Positions 9,366 through 19,764 of a DNA stretch of 64,000 nt are shown in pieces. The position numbers and the translations under genes are program-made. Numbering within the stretch: position 1 is the first letter of the stretch; each line of letters starts with the position of its first letter. The notes below the pieces were generated by a model, which worked only from the letters and a program-made list of their open reading frames with translations, had not been told where the DNA came from and did no database searches. Source of the stretch: Candidatus Latescibacterota bacterium (GTDB lineage Bacteria; Latescibacterota; UBA2968; UBA8231); NCBI GenBank assembly GCA_963422735.1, contig OY730476.1, forward strand, positions 2,176,001 to 2,240,000, given 5' to 3'.

Positions 9366-9562
9366 TACCCGAACTCCTTCTGTTGGGGGAGAGCCATACC
9401 GCGCAAGCTACCACCTCTAGACCACTCGACCCAGCCGCTGAGACCAACATCCGTCTCGATTTTGCAGAAGAGCCACGTCTTGGAAGAATTGGAAGTCAGC
9501 TCGCCGGCATCGTGGCCCGTGGGGACGCTGAATTTGTAGGTTTTGGTTGCGGTGATTTTCAC
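9365..9562 (-). pseudogene. N-terminal fragment of an enolase-superfamily (dehydratase) gene
   Basis: MKITATKTY...WLFCKIETDVGLSGW; only 65 aa. Confidence 0.7.
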
Positions 9563-9677
9563 GGCCGCATCCTTTGGATTTTGACAAGGAATGCGGATAT
9601 AGTACCATTCAGGCTCGCCACACGCAAACCCTCATTTCCTCAGAGGAATCATGGCCCGGCAACGCTTTCAGGGACCC

Positions 9678-11148
9678 ATGACCAAACGCTTACTACCCAT
9701 CGGCATTCAAACCTTCCACAAAATTCGGGAGCAGAACTGCTACTATGTCGATAAGACCGCCTACATTCGGCGGCTGCTCGACGGAGGCACGCACTACTTC
9801 CTGTCGCGTCCACGGCGCTTTGGCAAGAGCCACGCTCAAGGAGGTGTTTGAGGGCAACGAGCCGCTGTTCGAGGGGCTTCACATCCACGACCGATGGAAT
9901 TGGTCGGTTCGCCATCCCGTCCTGCGGCTCAGCTTTGGCAGCGGCAACCTCAAGGAGCCCGGCTACGTGGAGACGAACCTGATGGCGCAATTGGACGCCG
10001 TCGAACGTCGGACCGGTGTGGCGTCGGACTACGCCACCGGGCCGGAGCGATTCGCTCACCTGCTGGAGGCGCTCGGTGGTGGTGCTGATCGACGAATACG
10101 ACAAGCCGATGCTCGATGCGCTAGAGGTGCCGGAGATCGCCCGCGCCAACCGCGACTTTTTGCGCGGCCTCTACGCGGTCATCAAGGACAGCGACGCGCA
10201 CGTCCGCTTCACGTTCATTACCGGGGTGAGCAAGTTTTCTAAGGTGAGGCTGTTTTCCGGCCTCAACAATCTCACCGACATCACCTTAGACCCGCGCTAC
10301 TCGGCCCTCTGCGGCTACACCGAGGCGGACTTGGATACCATGTTCGCCCCGGAACTCCCCGGCTTGGACCGGGACCAGATCCGCGACTGGTACAACGGCT
10401 ATAGTTGGCTCGGCGACGAGACGGGGTACAACCCTTTTGACCTCCTCCTGCTCTTTCGCCGTCGCCGATTCGCCGCCTATTGGTTTGAGACCGGCACCCC
10501 CACGTTCCTAGTCGAAACGCTGTTCAAGCGCCTCGTCCGTTCCCTAGCACTGGGCGAGATGGAGGGCAGCGACTAACTGCTATCGACCTTTGATGTCGAT
10601 CACATTGCAACGGAAGCACTGCTGCTCCAGACCGGCTACCTCACGATAACGGACGAGGAAGACTTTGGCGGAGAGCCCGTCTATCGCTTCGGGAGGTGCG
10701 CCAGAGCCTGAACCGCAGCTTGCTGCGCTACCTCGTGCGGCTGTATCGGCTGTTGGAGGCCAATGATTTCGCCGGGCTGGAGACGCTCTTCCACGCTTTC
10801 TTCGCCCGCATTCCCTACGAGTGGTACACCAACAACGACATCGCCGATTACGAGGGTTACTACGCGAGCGTGTTCTACTCCTATTTCGCCGGGCTGGGGC
10901 TGGACATCACAGTAGAGGATAGCAGCAGCCACGGCCGGCTGGACATGGCGGTTCTGTTCAACGGCCGCGTCTATCTGTTCGAGTTCAAGGGGGTCGAGAT
11001 GGCGTCTGCGGGTGCAGCTATGAAGCAGTTGCAGGAGCGGCGATATGCAGATAAGTACCGCGCTTTGGACCAGCCGATGTACCTGATCGCCGTGGAGTTC
11101 AGCAAGGATGAGCGCAATGTCGCGGCGTTTGACGTGGAGCGCGCCTGA
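9678..11148 (+). pseudogene. AAA-ATPase-like + PD-(D/E)XK nuclease protein, fragmented
   Basis: [44 protein letters not shown] distributed over several frames, with a stop at 10574. Confidence 0.88.
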
Positions 11149-11179
11149 CAGACGAGGTGGATGTGCTGGCAAAATTCGC

Positions 11180-11216
11180 GTTTGGAACTATGATCCGATT
11201 TCTAGGGGATCGGAAC
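11180..11216 (+). CRISPR. Degenerate CRISPR-like repeat 1 (37 nt)
   Basis: GTTTGGAACTATGATCCGATTTCTAGGGGATCGGAAC; 28/37 identical to 11666-11702. Confidence 0.45.
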
Positions 11217-11345
11217 GCCTATGACGCCTTCTACGACAAGCGGACAGGCTGGAGCGGTTCGGGCGGCGTGTTGTGCGCCCGCTCATGTTTATCGGCTTGC
11301 TTATTTGGATTCTAATCTAACAACCTAATCCATAAGAGGTTGATT

Positions 11346-11657
11346 ATGTCTTTTGGCGAATTCTTGTTTGGTCTTGCAGCGGAGCTGACGGAGGAACAGG
11401 AGAAACGTCGGCGATACCTATCCCTACAAAGTCATATTCTAGACGGCCGTAGGAATAGGTATCACCCGGTTCTGGCCGGGCGTAAATGCCGTACACCCTC
11501 CTTGGCTAATAATAGGTCTGCCCGTTTTTTAATTCGGTCTTGCCGAAATTCTTCAGACGGGGTGGCTAACAGCCATGTTCTGGGCGATCGTAGGAATAGG
11601 TATCACCCAACTATTCTTGGCCGAGCCACATCAAGGAGGCCGTTTTGGGGCTTTTAG
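11346..11657 (+). CDS. Small basic orphan protein with internal repeat
   Basis: AAGAGG RBS upstream; SHILDGRRNRYHP and SHVLGDRRNRYHP recur 141 nt apart. Confidence 0.5.
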   Translation: MSFGEFLFGLAAELTEEQEKRRRYLSLQSHILDGRRNRYHPVLAGRKCRTPSLANNRSARFLIRSCRNSSDGVANSHVLGDRRNRYHPTILGRATSRRPFWGF

Positions 11658-11665
11658 CCTAACCC

Positions 11666-11702
11666 ATTTAGAATGTTGGCCCGATTTCTAGGGGATTGAA
11701 AC
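11666..11702 (+). CRISPR. CRISPR-like repeat 2 (37 nt)
   Basis: ATTTAGAATGTTGGCCCGATTTCTAGGGGATTGAAAC; canonical ATTGAAAC 3' end. Confidence 0.5.
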
Positions 11703-11749
11703 GTGAGTTCACTTAGTTCGGCAGCAAACCAAAACAAAGGAAAACACCC

Positions 11750-12841
11750 GTGAAAGCTTGGCGTTTTTATGCCTTCGGCGACATGCGGCTCGACGACATT
11801 GAGCTGGCGGCCTGCCCACCCGACCACGTGTTAGTCGAGCCGCTGGTAGTCCAGCCCAGCGCGACCGAAGTCCAGCTCGCCTTTGGGATTCCGACCTTGG
11901 CGTACGACCACGTCAAGAGCCGGCTGGAGACAGATGCGCCGCTCCAGCTATTCGGCCACGAATTTTGTGCCCGGATCGTAGAGGTCGGGTCAGCCGTCGT
12001 AGGCTACGCACCCGGCGACCGCGTAGCGGCCCGCGCCAAGCTGCCCTGCGGCGATTGCGCCATGTGCCACTCCGAGCGCAGCGACGACTGCCGGCGTGGC
12101 CCGATCATCGGCTTCCAACTGCCCGGCTGCTTTGCCGAGCGCGCCCTGCTCCCGGCCATCGCACTGGTCAAGGTCGATGACCGTATCTCCGACAGTGAAG
12201 CCGCCACTCTGCAGTCGCTGAGCGACAGCATCGCCGGGGTCGAGACCGCGCAGATCCGACCGGGTGATTCCGTCGCCGTCTTTGGCCAAGGCAGCATGGG
12301 CATCGAGAGTATGCAGGCCGCACGCGCCTGCGGAGCGGGCCAGCTCATCACCGTGGACGTGCGGCCCGAGGCTTGCGCGATCTCGCTCGCGCTGGGTGCC
12401 GATCACGCAATCAACGCCAGTGAAGACGATCCGGTCGAAGCGATCCGCGACCTGACCGGTGGCGAGGGCGCAGACTTGGCATTCGAATGCGCCGGCGGCA
12501 GCATCAAGCAGGGGCTAGCCGGCGACCGGGCACTCAAACAGGCCATGCATGCGGTGCGCTCCGGCGGCAAGCTGGTGGGTGTCTCCTGGTTTGGGACACC
12601 ACTAGAACTGGATGTGGACCTGCTGCGGGAGCGCAGCCTGCGCTACCTCTTCCCGGACGTCAGCTCGCAGGCCCATCTAGAATACACAGTGCGGCTGGTG
12701 GCCTCTGGGCGCATCAGCATGAAACCCACCATCCGGCACGTGTTAGAAGGAATCGATAAGGTACCGGAGGCATTTGAAATCACGGCGCACAAAGCCCAGT
12801 ACCAAGCCATCAATCCAGCGCAGGTCGTGATCGCCACCTAG
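11750..12841 (+). CDS. Zinc-dependent dehydrogenase (threonine/sorbitol dehydrogenase-like)
   Basis: GHEF, CGDCAMC...C structural zinc motif, VAVFGQGSMG. Confidence 0.9.
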   Translation: MKAWRFYAFGDMRLDDIELAACPPDHVLVEPLVVQPSATEVQLAFGIPTLAYDHVKSRLETDAPLQLFGHEFCARIVEVGSAVVGYAPGDRVAARAKLPCGDCAMCHSERSDDCRRGPIIGFQLPGCFAERALLPAIALVKVDDRISDSEAATLQSLSDSIAGVETAQIRPGDSVAVFGQGSMGIESMQAARACGAGQLITVDVRPEACAISLALGADHAINASEDDPVEAIRDLTGGEGADLAFECAGGSIKQGLAGDRALKQAMHAVRSGGKLVGVSWFGTPLELDVDLLRERSLRYLFPDVSSQAHLEYTVRLVASGRISMKPTIRHVLEGIDKVPEAFEITAHKAQYQAINPAQVVIAT

Positions 12842-13692
12842 GAAATATCGGGGTAATTCAACGGCATCCCCGTCTTGCCCAGCTCGTAGTGCGCTATGTG
12901 CCAACGCCCCAAGTTGGCGCTGAGAAAGAGCGACCGATCCGGGCCGCAGAAGGCGATATTGGTCGGGGCCGCCATGGCAGTGCCTTCGTAATCGTCGGCC
13001 AAAATATCGAGTTGGCCGTCGGCATACTGATAGATGCGATCCGGGCGATAGCAGGAGCAGTAGAGGGTGCCCTCGTCGTCAAAGGCGAGGCCATCGGGAA
13101 CGGTCTGCGGCAGGTCGAACGCGGTTTCGGCGGCACCGGCGCGGCCGTCGGCCTCGATTTTGATGCGGGCCACGCGGGGGCAGATGCTCATGGCCACATA
13201 GAGGTGTTCGCCCGTCGCATCTAGTGCCGTGCCGTTGGGGAATTCCGGCAGGGCGCGGCTCCAGACCTCGCCTTGGCCTCCCGGGGCGATCTTGCAGATC
13301 CAACCGTCGTTTTCGTGCCAGCCCCCGGAATTAGATACATAGAGGTTACCGGCCGTGTCAAAGACCGGGTAGTTGGCCGCAGTCAGCGGCACCTCGCCCG
13401 CGCGGTCGCAATACGTACTGACCGCGCCATCTGGCTCGACGCGCTTGACATTGCCGCTACAGACGTACAGGCGGTGCTGGGCATCCTGACAGATGCCGCC
13501 GACAAAACCGCCGACTTGGGCGAACTCTTCGAATGCGCGCCGGGCCAAGTCGATGCGGTAGATCTGGCCCGCTTCGCCGCCGGCATAGGCATAGCCATCA
13601 CAGCCCCAAGCAATGCACTCGGGGTGGTCGAGGCCACCGCCAAAGTCGCCGATAATAGCTGAAATCTGGGTGTGGGTATCGAGAAGAGCCAT
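12838..13692 (-). CDS. SMP-30/gluconolactonase family protein
   Basis: LDHPEC, FPNG, PDGLAFD, PTNIAFCG beta-propeller motifs. Confidence 0.9.
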   Translation of the reverse strand: MALLDTHTQISAIIGDFGGGLDHPECIAWGCDGYAYAGGEAGQIYRIDLARRAFEEFAQVGGFVGGICQDAQHRLYVCSGNVKRVEPDGAVSTYCDRAGEVPLTAANYPVFDTAGNLYVSNSGGWHENDGWICKIAPGGQGEVWSRALPEFPNGTALDATGEHLYVAMSICPRVARIKIEADGRAGAAETAFDLPQTVPDGLAFDDEGTLYCSCYRPDRIYQYADGQLDILADDYEGTAMAAPTNIAFCGPDRSLFLSANLGRWHIAHYELGKTGMPLNYPDIS

Positions 13693-13826
13693 AACGTTCC
13701 TTTCGCAATGGGGTACAAGGTCGGCACCGACTGTAATTCAAAGTTGCGGCACCGACAAGCCCTTATTGACAGCCGCCTACGGGTGCGCTATGGTCTGCTC
13801 TCTCAACATGTACCCCGAAAGGCCTC

Positions 13827-14101
13827 GTGAAAGCCACGAAAATCGAACGCTTGGAGCCTCTCCTCTGGGACCGCTGTCTCCTCCTGAAGATCCACTGCGA
13901 AGACGGCACTGTCGGCATCGGCGAGGGCGGCGTCCACGGCTGGCAGACCGTGCTCGAGACTGTCTGATGGGCGGCAAGACCCGCACAAGGTCCGCTGCTA
14001 TATGCACATCGTCTCCGATACGCTCGACGAGTCGCCATCCCGTCCAAGACAAGGTCCTCGAAACGCCCATCGGCTGCGACGGGTCGGTGCAAGACCGCTA
14101 A
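13827..14101 (+). pseudogene. Collapsed galactonate-dehydratase-like gene (N- and C-termini only)
   Basis: VKATKIERLE...LLKIHCEDGTVGIGEGG joined to ...DGSVQDR*; compare DGSVADY at the end of 56543..57637. Confidence 0.65.
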
Positions 14102-14110
14102 GGATACCCC

Positions 14111-14962
14111 ATGGATTTCGCAAAATTAAAAAACGAACAACGCGAGTTTTTCGACGACAACGGCTATCTCATCGTCCCCGATGCGCTCGACCAGGAAACT
14201 ATTGAGCAGGTCACCGCAGCCGCCGATCGCCGGATGGAAGACTTCGCCTACGAGGGCTATTACCAGCACCGCCGCGACGGCATCGTCCAAGATCCTACCC
14301 TCGCCAAGCTAGCCACCGACTCGGCGATCGTCCCGCTCGTCATCCAGCTCCTCGGCACCCATATCCACATCACCAACACGGCCCTGATCTACAAACACCC
14401 CCAACCCGCCGACGACCCCGGCGACTGCACCTGGCACCGCGACGTGGGCGTCCACCTCGATTTGGGGCACACCCGCATTCCGCGCGTTGGCCTCAAGGTT
14501 GGCTACTGCCTCACTGACATGGACGGCCCCCATACCGGTGCCACGCTCTTCGCGCCCGGCAGCAATCGCCTCGCCAAACCCCTCGCCATCTCCAAAGACC
14601 GGATCCACCCCGAAGAGTACCTCGAACCCCCCCTCAAAGCCGGCGATGCCTTTCTCTTTGAAAGCCGCATCTACCACGGCGCGGCCATCAATAGCCAGCA
14701 CTGCGTCGCCAAAGTCGCGATGTTCGGCTATCACTACTGTTGGATCCGCCCCGATTACTATCTGCGCTACTACGACGGAGAGGTCCAGCCGAGCGCGGTT
14801 GTGGTCGCCGACCTCAACGATGTCGGCCGCCAGCTTCTAGGTGCCACCGCCGACGCGCAGGGCCGCCAAGCCCCCAACGGTATCGACTGGCCCATTGCCG
14901 AATGGGCCGCAGAGCACGGCTTGTCTTTGGAAAGAGCACCGCAGCGAATTGACGCGGTGTGA
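14111..14962 (+). CDS. PhyH-family dioxygenase
   Basis: FFDDNGYL, WHRD, PGSN, AGDAFLFESRIYHG. Confidence 0.9.
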   Translation: MDFAKLKNEQREFFDDNGYLIVPDALDQETIEQVTAAADRRMEDFAYEGYYQHRRDGIVQDPTLAKLATDSAIVPLVIQLLGTHIHITNTALIYKHPQPADDPGDCTWHRDVGVHLDLGHTRIPRVGLKVGYCLTDMDGPHTGATLFAPGSNRLAKPLAISKDRIHPEEYLEPPLKAGDAFLFESRIYHGAAINSQHCVAKVAMFGYHYCWIRPDYYLRYYDGEVQPSAVVVADLNDVGRQLLGATADAQGRQAPNGIDWPIAEWAAEHGLSLERAPQRIDAV

Positions 14963-15040
14963 GGTTAGTATGGCACGCTATGCGAGAGGAAAAATCTCTG
15001 CGTCAAAAGTTTCTATCTCAACCGATACGCGATAGAAGAA

Positions 15041-16195
15041 TTAACGCTCGCTCTCGTCCCCGCCAAAATCCAGATTAGCCACCCTAACGCCCCGCTGGTA
15101 TTCATACGCCTCATCTACCGGTGCAATGATCCAAGCATTTTCCGGCTGCAAATCGCCGACCAACTCAAAGAATCCCCGCGACGGTTTAGGGGCTTTTGAG
15201 AATTTGCATTCAAAAACCACCGTCCGGTCCCCTCGTTCCATTACCAAGTCAATCTCCGCTCCGTTACCCGTGCGAATAAACGACGGTCGCCAGCGAGGCC
15301 ACGCAGCAATCAGATGCTCCAGCACCAAACCCTCCCATGAAGCACCGACTATCGGGTGTCCGAGCAATTGGTCGTACCTTTCGATTTCGAGCAACGCATG
15401 CAAGATGCCGCTGTCCCTTACATACACTTTGTGAGAACTGACCAAGCGTTTCTTCAGCTTCACCTCGCAGGGAGGCAATAGGCGAATCATATACGTTTGC
15501 TCGAGAACGGCCAGATACTTCTTTAGAGTTGGCACTGATACATCGACCGCTCCGGCCAGCTTGCTATAGTTGATCGTCTGGCCGTGGTAATGCGCCAGCA
15601 TCTGCCATAGCCGCTGCACCACGGGTACTGGCAGACTCAGGCCGAGCGCGGGAATATCTCGCTCCAAAAAGGTCTGAATAAAATCCTGCCGCCAAACGAA
15701 GCTATCCTCTGCATCCCCAGCGAGCAGGCTATCGGGAAACCCTCCGCGTACCCACAACGTCTGCCAATCGGCGACTTGTCTCGTCTCCGATCGCAAAAAT
15801 GGCGTCAACCGCAGATAGGCGATCCGACCGGCCAGCGATTCGCTCGACTGCTGGATCAACTCCCGCGATGCCGATCCGAGGATCAAAAAGCGCCCCGGAC
15901 GCCGGTCGCGATCAATTTCGGATCGCAACACTGCGAAGAATTCCGGCAGGCGCTGAATCTCATCCAGACACACCAGTTCTTGGCGGTGTTGTTCGAGAAA
16001 GAGTTCGGGTTCGGCGAGTCTGTTGAGATCAATGCGATTCTGCAAATCCAGATAGGCTACTGACTGTCCTTTTAAATATTCGCGGGCCAGTGTTGATTTA
16101 CCGCATTGACGAGGCCCAAGGATTGCAACGGCAGGGGAACGTCCCAAGGCTCGCCTTAACTCAGATTCTGCCTTTCTCGGCAAATATCCATGCAA
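15041..16195 (-). CDS. AAA_14 ATPase with DUF4143 domain
   Basis: GPRQCGKST Walker A, LDEIQ, ESLAGR, GGFP, EIDLV..ECK; TTG start after AAGGGAG. Confidence 0.9.
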   Translation of the reverse strand: MHGYLPRKAESELRRALGRSPAVAILGPRQCGKSTLAREYLKGQSVAYLDLQNRIDLNRLAEPELFLEQHRQELVCLDEIQRLPEFFAVLRSEIDRDRRPGRFLILGSASRELIQQSSESLAGRIAYLRLTPFLRSETRQVADWQTLWVRGGFPDSLLAGDAEDSFVWRQDFIQTFLERDIPALGLSLPVPVVQRLWQMLAHYHGQTINYSKLAGAVDVSVPTLKKYLAVLEQTYMIRLLPPCEVKLKKRLVSSHKVYVRDSGILHALLEIERYDQLLGHPIVGASWEGLVLEHLIAAWPRWRPSFIRTGNGAEIDLVMERGDRTVVFECKFSKAPKPSRGFFELVGDLQPENAWIIAPVDEAYEYQRGVRVANLDFGGDESER

Positions 16196-16380
16196 TTTGC
16201 TAACTCCCTTTATTATTTTACATGGATTATAGCCAAATTGAGACGAATTTTCAAGTAGAGCCGTTGCAGATGCTCTATGTCGCTGTCTTCTTTTGTATTT
16301 TGCCGCATTCACTCCGCACAGTAACTTAATCTCGGCTCGCGTATTAAGTCGCACCCCAGTGGAAAGGCCCAAGTACCACC

Positions 16381-17805
16381 ATGAAAATCTGCTTCTTCAG
16401 CATTAGACACCTCTCGCGCTGCATCCTCGCCACCCTCGCCATCAGCGTAGCCTCCATGACCCAAGCCCAGTCCGACCCCGACCGCATCCAGCCCTATGCC
16501 GCCAATCCGCGCTACTGGCAGTACAAAGGTCAACCCGTGCTCCTGCTGGGCGGAACGATCAAAGACTGCCTCTTCCAAATACCCGATCTCGAAGCCCATC
16601 TCGACCTCCTGCAATCGGTCGGCGGCAACTACGTGCGCAATACTATGAGCGACCGCCGTTTCTACGGCTATGAGGTCCCAGCCTTCCACCAAAATGCCGA
16701 TGGCCAGTACGACCTCAACCGCTGGAACCCGACGTATTGGCAGCGCTTTGCCGATCTTTTGCGCTGGACTGCAGAGCCCGATATCATCGTCCAGATAGAA
16801 ATGTGGGACCGCTTTGACCACAGCCAAGGACCTTGGGCGGAAGACCCCTTCAATCCGGCCAACAATATCAACTATACCGTCGAGGAATCGGGCCTAAAAA
16901 CAGACTATCCCGCCCACCCCGGCGGCAACTGGCAGCCTTTTTTCTATACTGTCCCCACCTTGCGCGACAACCAAGTCGTGCTGCCCTACCAACAGGCTTT
17001 TGTCGATCAAGTCCTCAAGCATTCCCTCGCCTACGACCACGTGCTCTACTGCATGGACAACGAGACCAGCGGCGATCCGAAGTGGGGTGCCTATTGGAAC
17101 GACTATATCAAGGAGCGGGCGCAGCGAGCGGGCAAGACCGTTGAAACCACCGAAATGTGGGACGAATGGGACGTGCGGGGGCAAACGCATCGCGCTACCT
17201 TCGACCACCCGGAGCACTATTCTTTTATCGACATTTCGCAGAATAGCTGGCAGCGCGAGCAAACCAATTGGGATCACGCCCAGTGGGTGTGGCAGTACAT
17301 CGCCGCGCAGCCGCGGCCGATTAATTCGACCAAGATCTACGGTGCCCAGACGCACCGGGACCAAAGCCGGGGCATCGACGCCCGCCACGCCACCGAGTGC
17401 TTTTGGCGCAACCTCATCGGCGGCTTTGCCTCCAGCCGCTTTCACCGGCCGACCTCCGGCCTAGGGCTGAGCATCCAAGCCCAATCTCACATTCGCAGCG
17501 GTCGCATGCTGTCTGAGGTCTTCGACTTTTTCAACGCCGAGCCTGATTCCGACAGCACCCTACTGCGCGACCGCGCCGCCAACGAGGCCTATCTCAGCCG
17601 CGTTTCCGGCCGCCAGTACGCCCTCTACTTTACCGATGGCGGCACTGTGGGCCTCGATCTGACTGAAGAAAAAGGCACCTTCGAGGTCCAATGGCTCGAC
17701 ATTGCCGCCAGCACTTGGGAATCCGCCGCCGACTTGGACGGCGGCGTAGTACAACTGGCCGCTCCCCGAGGCGGCCCCTATGTCGCCCTGCTGACGCGGC
17801 ACTAG
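16381..17805 (+). CDS. Secreted glycoside-hydrolase-like TIM-barrel protein with C-terminal beta domain
   Basis: Signal peptide; YWQYKGQPVLLLGG, DNE, C-terminal YALYF..GG...WLD. Confidence 0.65.
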   Translation: MKICFFSIRHLSRCILATLAISVASMTQAQSDPDRIQPYAANPRYWQYKGQPVLLLGGTIKDCLFQIPDLEAHLDLLQSVGGNYVRNTMSDRRFYGYEVPAFHQNADGQYDLNRWNPTYWQRFADLLRWTAEPDIIVQIEMWDRFDHSQGPWAEDPFNPANNINYTVEESGLKTDYPAHPGGNWQPFFYTVPTLRDNQVVLPYQQAFVDQVLKHSLAYDHVLYCMDNETSGDPKWGAYWNDYIKERAQRAGKTVETTEMWDEWDVRGQTHRATFDHPEHYSFIDISQNSWQREQTNWDHAQWVWQYIAAQPRPINSTKIYGAQTHRDQSRGIDARHATECFWRNLIGGFASSRFHRPTSGLGLSIQAQSHIRSGRMLSEVFDFFNAEPDSDSTLLRDRAANEAYLSRVSGRQYALYFTDGGTVGLDLTEEKGTFEVQWLDIAASTWESAADLDGGVVQLAAPRGGPYVALLTRH

Positions 17806-17844
17806 CATTGTTGCATTCCGCGCAGCAAGCACTTTGGAGCAACG

Positions 17845-18783
17845 ATGAACCTTAGCGACCGCGTCTTCTTCGGGCAGACCGATCTTCAGGTCTCGCGCTT
17901 GTGCCAAGGTACCGCCTTCCGCCATCTGCCCCGCGCCGACAGCCCCCAGTCCCTAGCCGTGCTCCACCACTGCTTGGACCAAGGAGTCAACTTCTTCGAC
18001 ACGGCGCAGGCTTACGGTTGGGGTGGGGCCGAGGAGGTGCTGGGGCGGGCGATCGCCAGTCGCCGCGACGAGGTCGTTCTCTGCACCAAGGTCCCTGCTT
18101 CGCTGGCCCCCACAAGCGACGGTGATCCCGGAGAGCGCGTCCTCTACACCCGCGATCACCTCACCGATCGCCTCGAAGAAAGTCTCCGCCGCCTCCGCAC
18201 CGACTGCGTTGACCTGTACCTTTTGCATCACCGCGACGCGGATACGCCGCCGGAGGCCATCGCCGAAGTCATGGAGGATTTGGTGCAGGCGGGCAAGACT
18301 CGCTACTGGGGAGTCTCCAACCATCGCGCCGCCGAAGTCGAAGCCTTTCTCTCCTTGGCCCCTATAGCTGGTGTCGAGGACTACTACAATATCGCCGGCA
18401 GCCACTGCGACGAAGCAGGGCACTCGCGAGTGGAGATTTACGAGAAAGAAATGCTGCCCCTGCTGCGGCGTACCGGACTAGGGTGCCTAGCCTTTAGCCC
18501 GATGGATACCGGGCTGCTGGCCCGGCCCAACGACCCCGCCCTCTCTGCCTTAGTCGCCGCCATTGACCAAGTTGCCACCGACTTGGGCACCTTTCGCGCT
18601 GCCGTCTGCGTCGCGTGGGTTCTGCATCAGGGCCTTACCTGTGTGCTCGCTGGTGCCGAGAGCGTTGCGCACGTCAGCACCAATCTCCAAGGCACCGGCC
18701 TCCAACTTCCCGCAGACGCTCTCCTTACCCTCGACCAAGCGCGACAGACCTACCGCGCCAGCCAACAGGAGCAGCGCACGTGA
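17845..18783 (+). CDS. Aldo/keto reductase
   Basis: FFDTAQAYG, SLRRLRTDCVDLYLLH, WGVSN. Confidence 0.92.
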   Translation: MNLSDRVFFGQTDLQVSRLCQGTAFRHLPRADSPQSLAVLHHCLDQGVNFFDTAQAYGWGGAEEVLGRAIASRRDEVVLCTKVPASLAPTSDGDPGERVLYTRDHLTDRLEESLRRLRTDCVDLYLLHHRDADTPPEAIAEVMEDLVQAGKTRYWGVSNHRAAEVEAFLSLAPIAGVEDYYNIAGSHCDEAGHSRVEIYEKEMLPLLRRTGLGCLAFSPMDTGLLARPNDPALSALVAAIDQVATDLGTFRAAVCVAWVLHQGLTCVLAGAESVAHVSTNLQGTGLQLPADALLTLDQARQTYRASQQEQRT

Positions 18784-19661
18784 ACATCGTCGATGCCCAT
18801 ATCCACGTCTGGTCCTCCGACTTTGACCGATATCCACTGGCCCCGGGCTTTACATCCGCCGACCTGTGGCTGCCCTCTTTTACGCCCGCCGATCACTTTG
18901 CGTATAGCCGCAAGGTCGGCAAGGTCCGCATCAACCTAGTGCAGATGACCTGGTACGGCCTCGACCACCGCTACATCCTCGATTTGATCGCCTCTGATCC
19001 TGAGACTTACACGGGCACCGGCATTGTCCCCGGGGTCTCCGACGTGTCGCTGGCCGATCCGGGTAAGACCATGCTCTCCTTGGCCGAGGGGGGTATTTGC
19101 GCTTTCCGCGTGCGCGGCGGCAAAACCGGTCGTCCGACCGCGTTTGGCCATCTGGACCGCTGGCTCGACTATCCAGGCTATGAATCAATGTTCCGCACCG
19201 GAGCCGAGCACAATCTGGCCCTTAGTTTCCTCATGGGACTCACAGACCTTCCCGGCCTGATCCGCCTCTGCCGCCGCTTCCCGGAGACCCCGGTCATCCT
19301 CGACCATCTCTGCGGGGTGCGCATCCGCGACGGCGTCTGGCCCGAAGGCGATATTCGCACCCTCTGCAACATGGCCCACTACCCGCGCGTCATGGTCAAG
19401 CTCGGTCCGTTCCAAGCCCTCGGCGATGGCGAGGCCCCCTACCTGGACCTCCTACCCCTCATCGAGCGCGTCGTCGATGCCTTTGGACCCGAACGCGTCA
19501 TGTGGGAAAGCGACAGCGGCGGTCCCGTCCGCATGAAAAATCCCGCCAATGACTTCCCCGCGGCGGTCGCCCTGATCCGCGACCACGCCGATTTCCTCAG
19601 CCAACGCGACAAAGAGCAAGTCCTAAGTAAGACGGCCGAGGATTTCTTTTTTAACCGCTAA
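18780..19661 (+). CDS. Amidohydrolase_2 family (lactonase-like)
   Basis: IVDAHIH, ILDH, FGPERVMWESD; GTG start overlaps the upstream stop. Confidence 0.9.
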   Translation: MNIVDAHIHVWSSDFDRYPLAPGFTSADLWLPSFTPADHFAYSRKVGKVRINLVQMTWYGLDHRYILDLIASDPETYTGTGIVPGVSDVSLADPGKTMLSLAEGGICAFRVRGGKTGRPTAFGHLDRWLDYPGYESMFRTGAEHNLALSFLMGLTDLPGLIRLCRRFPETPVILDHLCGVRIRDGVWPEGDIRTLCNMAHYPRVMVKLGPFQALGDGEAPYLDLLPLIERVVDAFGPERVMWESDSGGPVRMKNPANDFPAAVALIRDHADFLSQRDKEQVLSKTAEDFFFNR

Positions 19662-19764
19662 GAAGCGCACCGCGATCAGCCGCACGCTCCTGCTTGATGC
19701 ACCCTCCCCCATTCCGTACACTCCCCCCAATAGCCCACCCCATCGCCCCCAAAGGAGCTCAATC

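Noticed and set aside
11180-11702. Functional canonical CRISPR array
   Set aside because: Only two diverged repeats 449 bp apart and no adjacent cas genes; kept only as a CRISPR-like finding.
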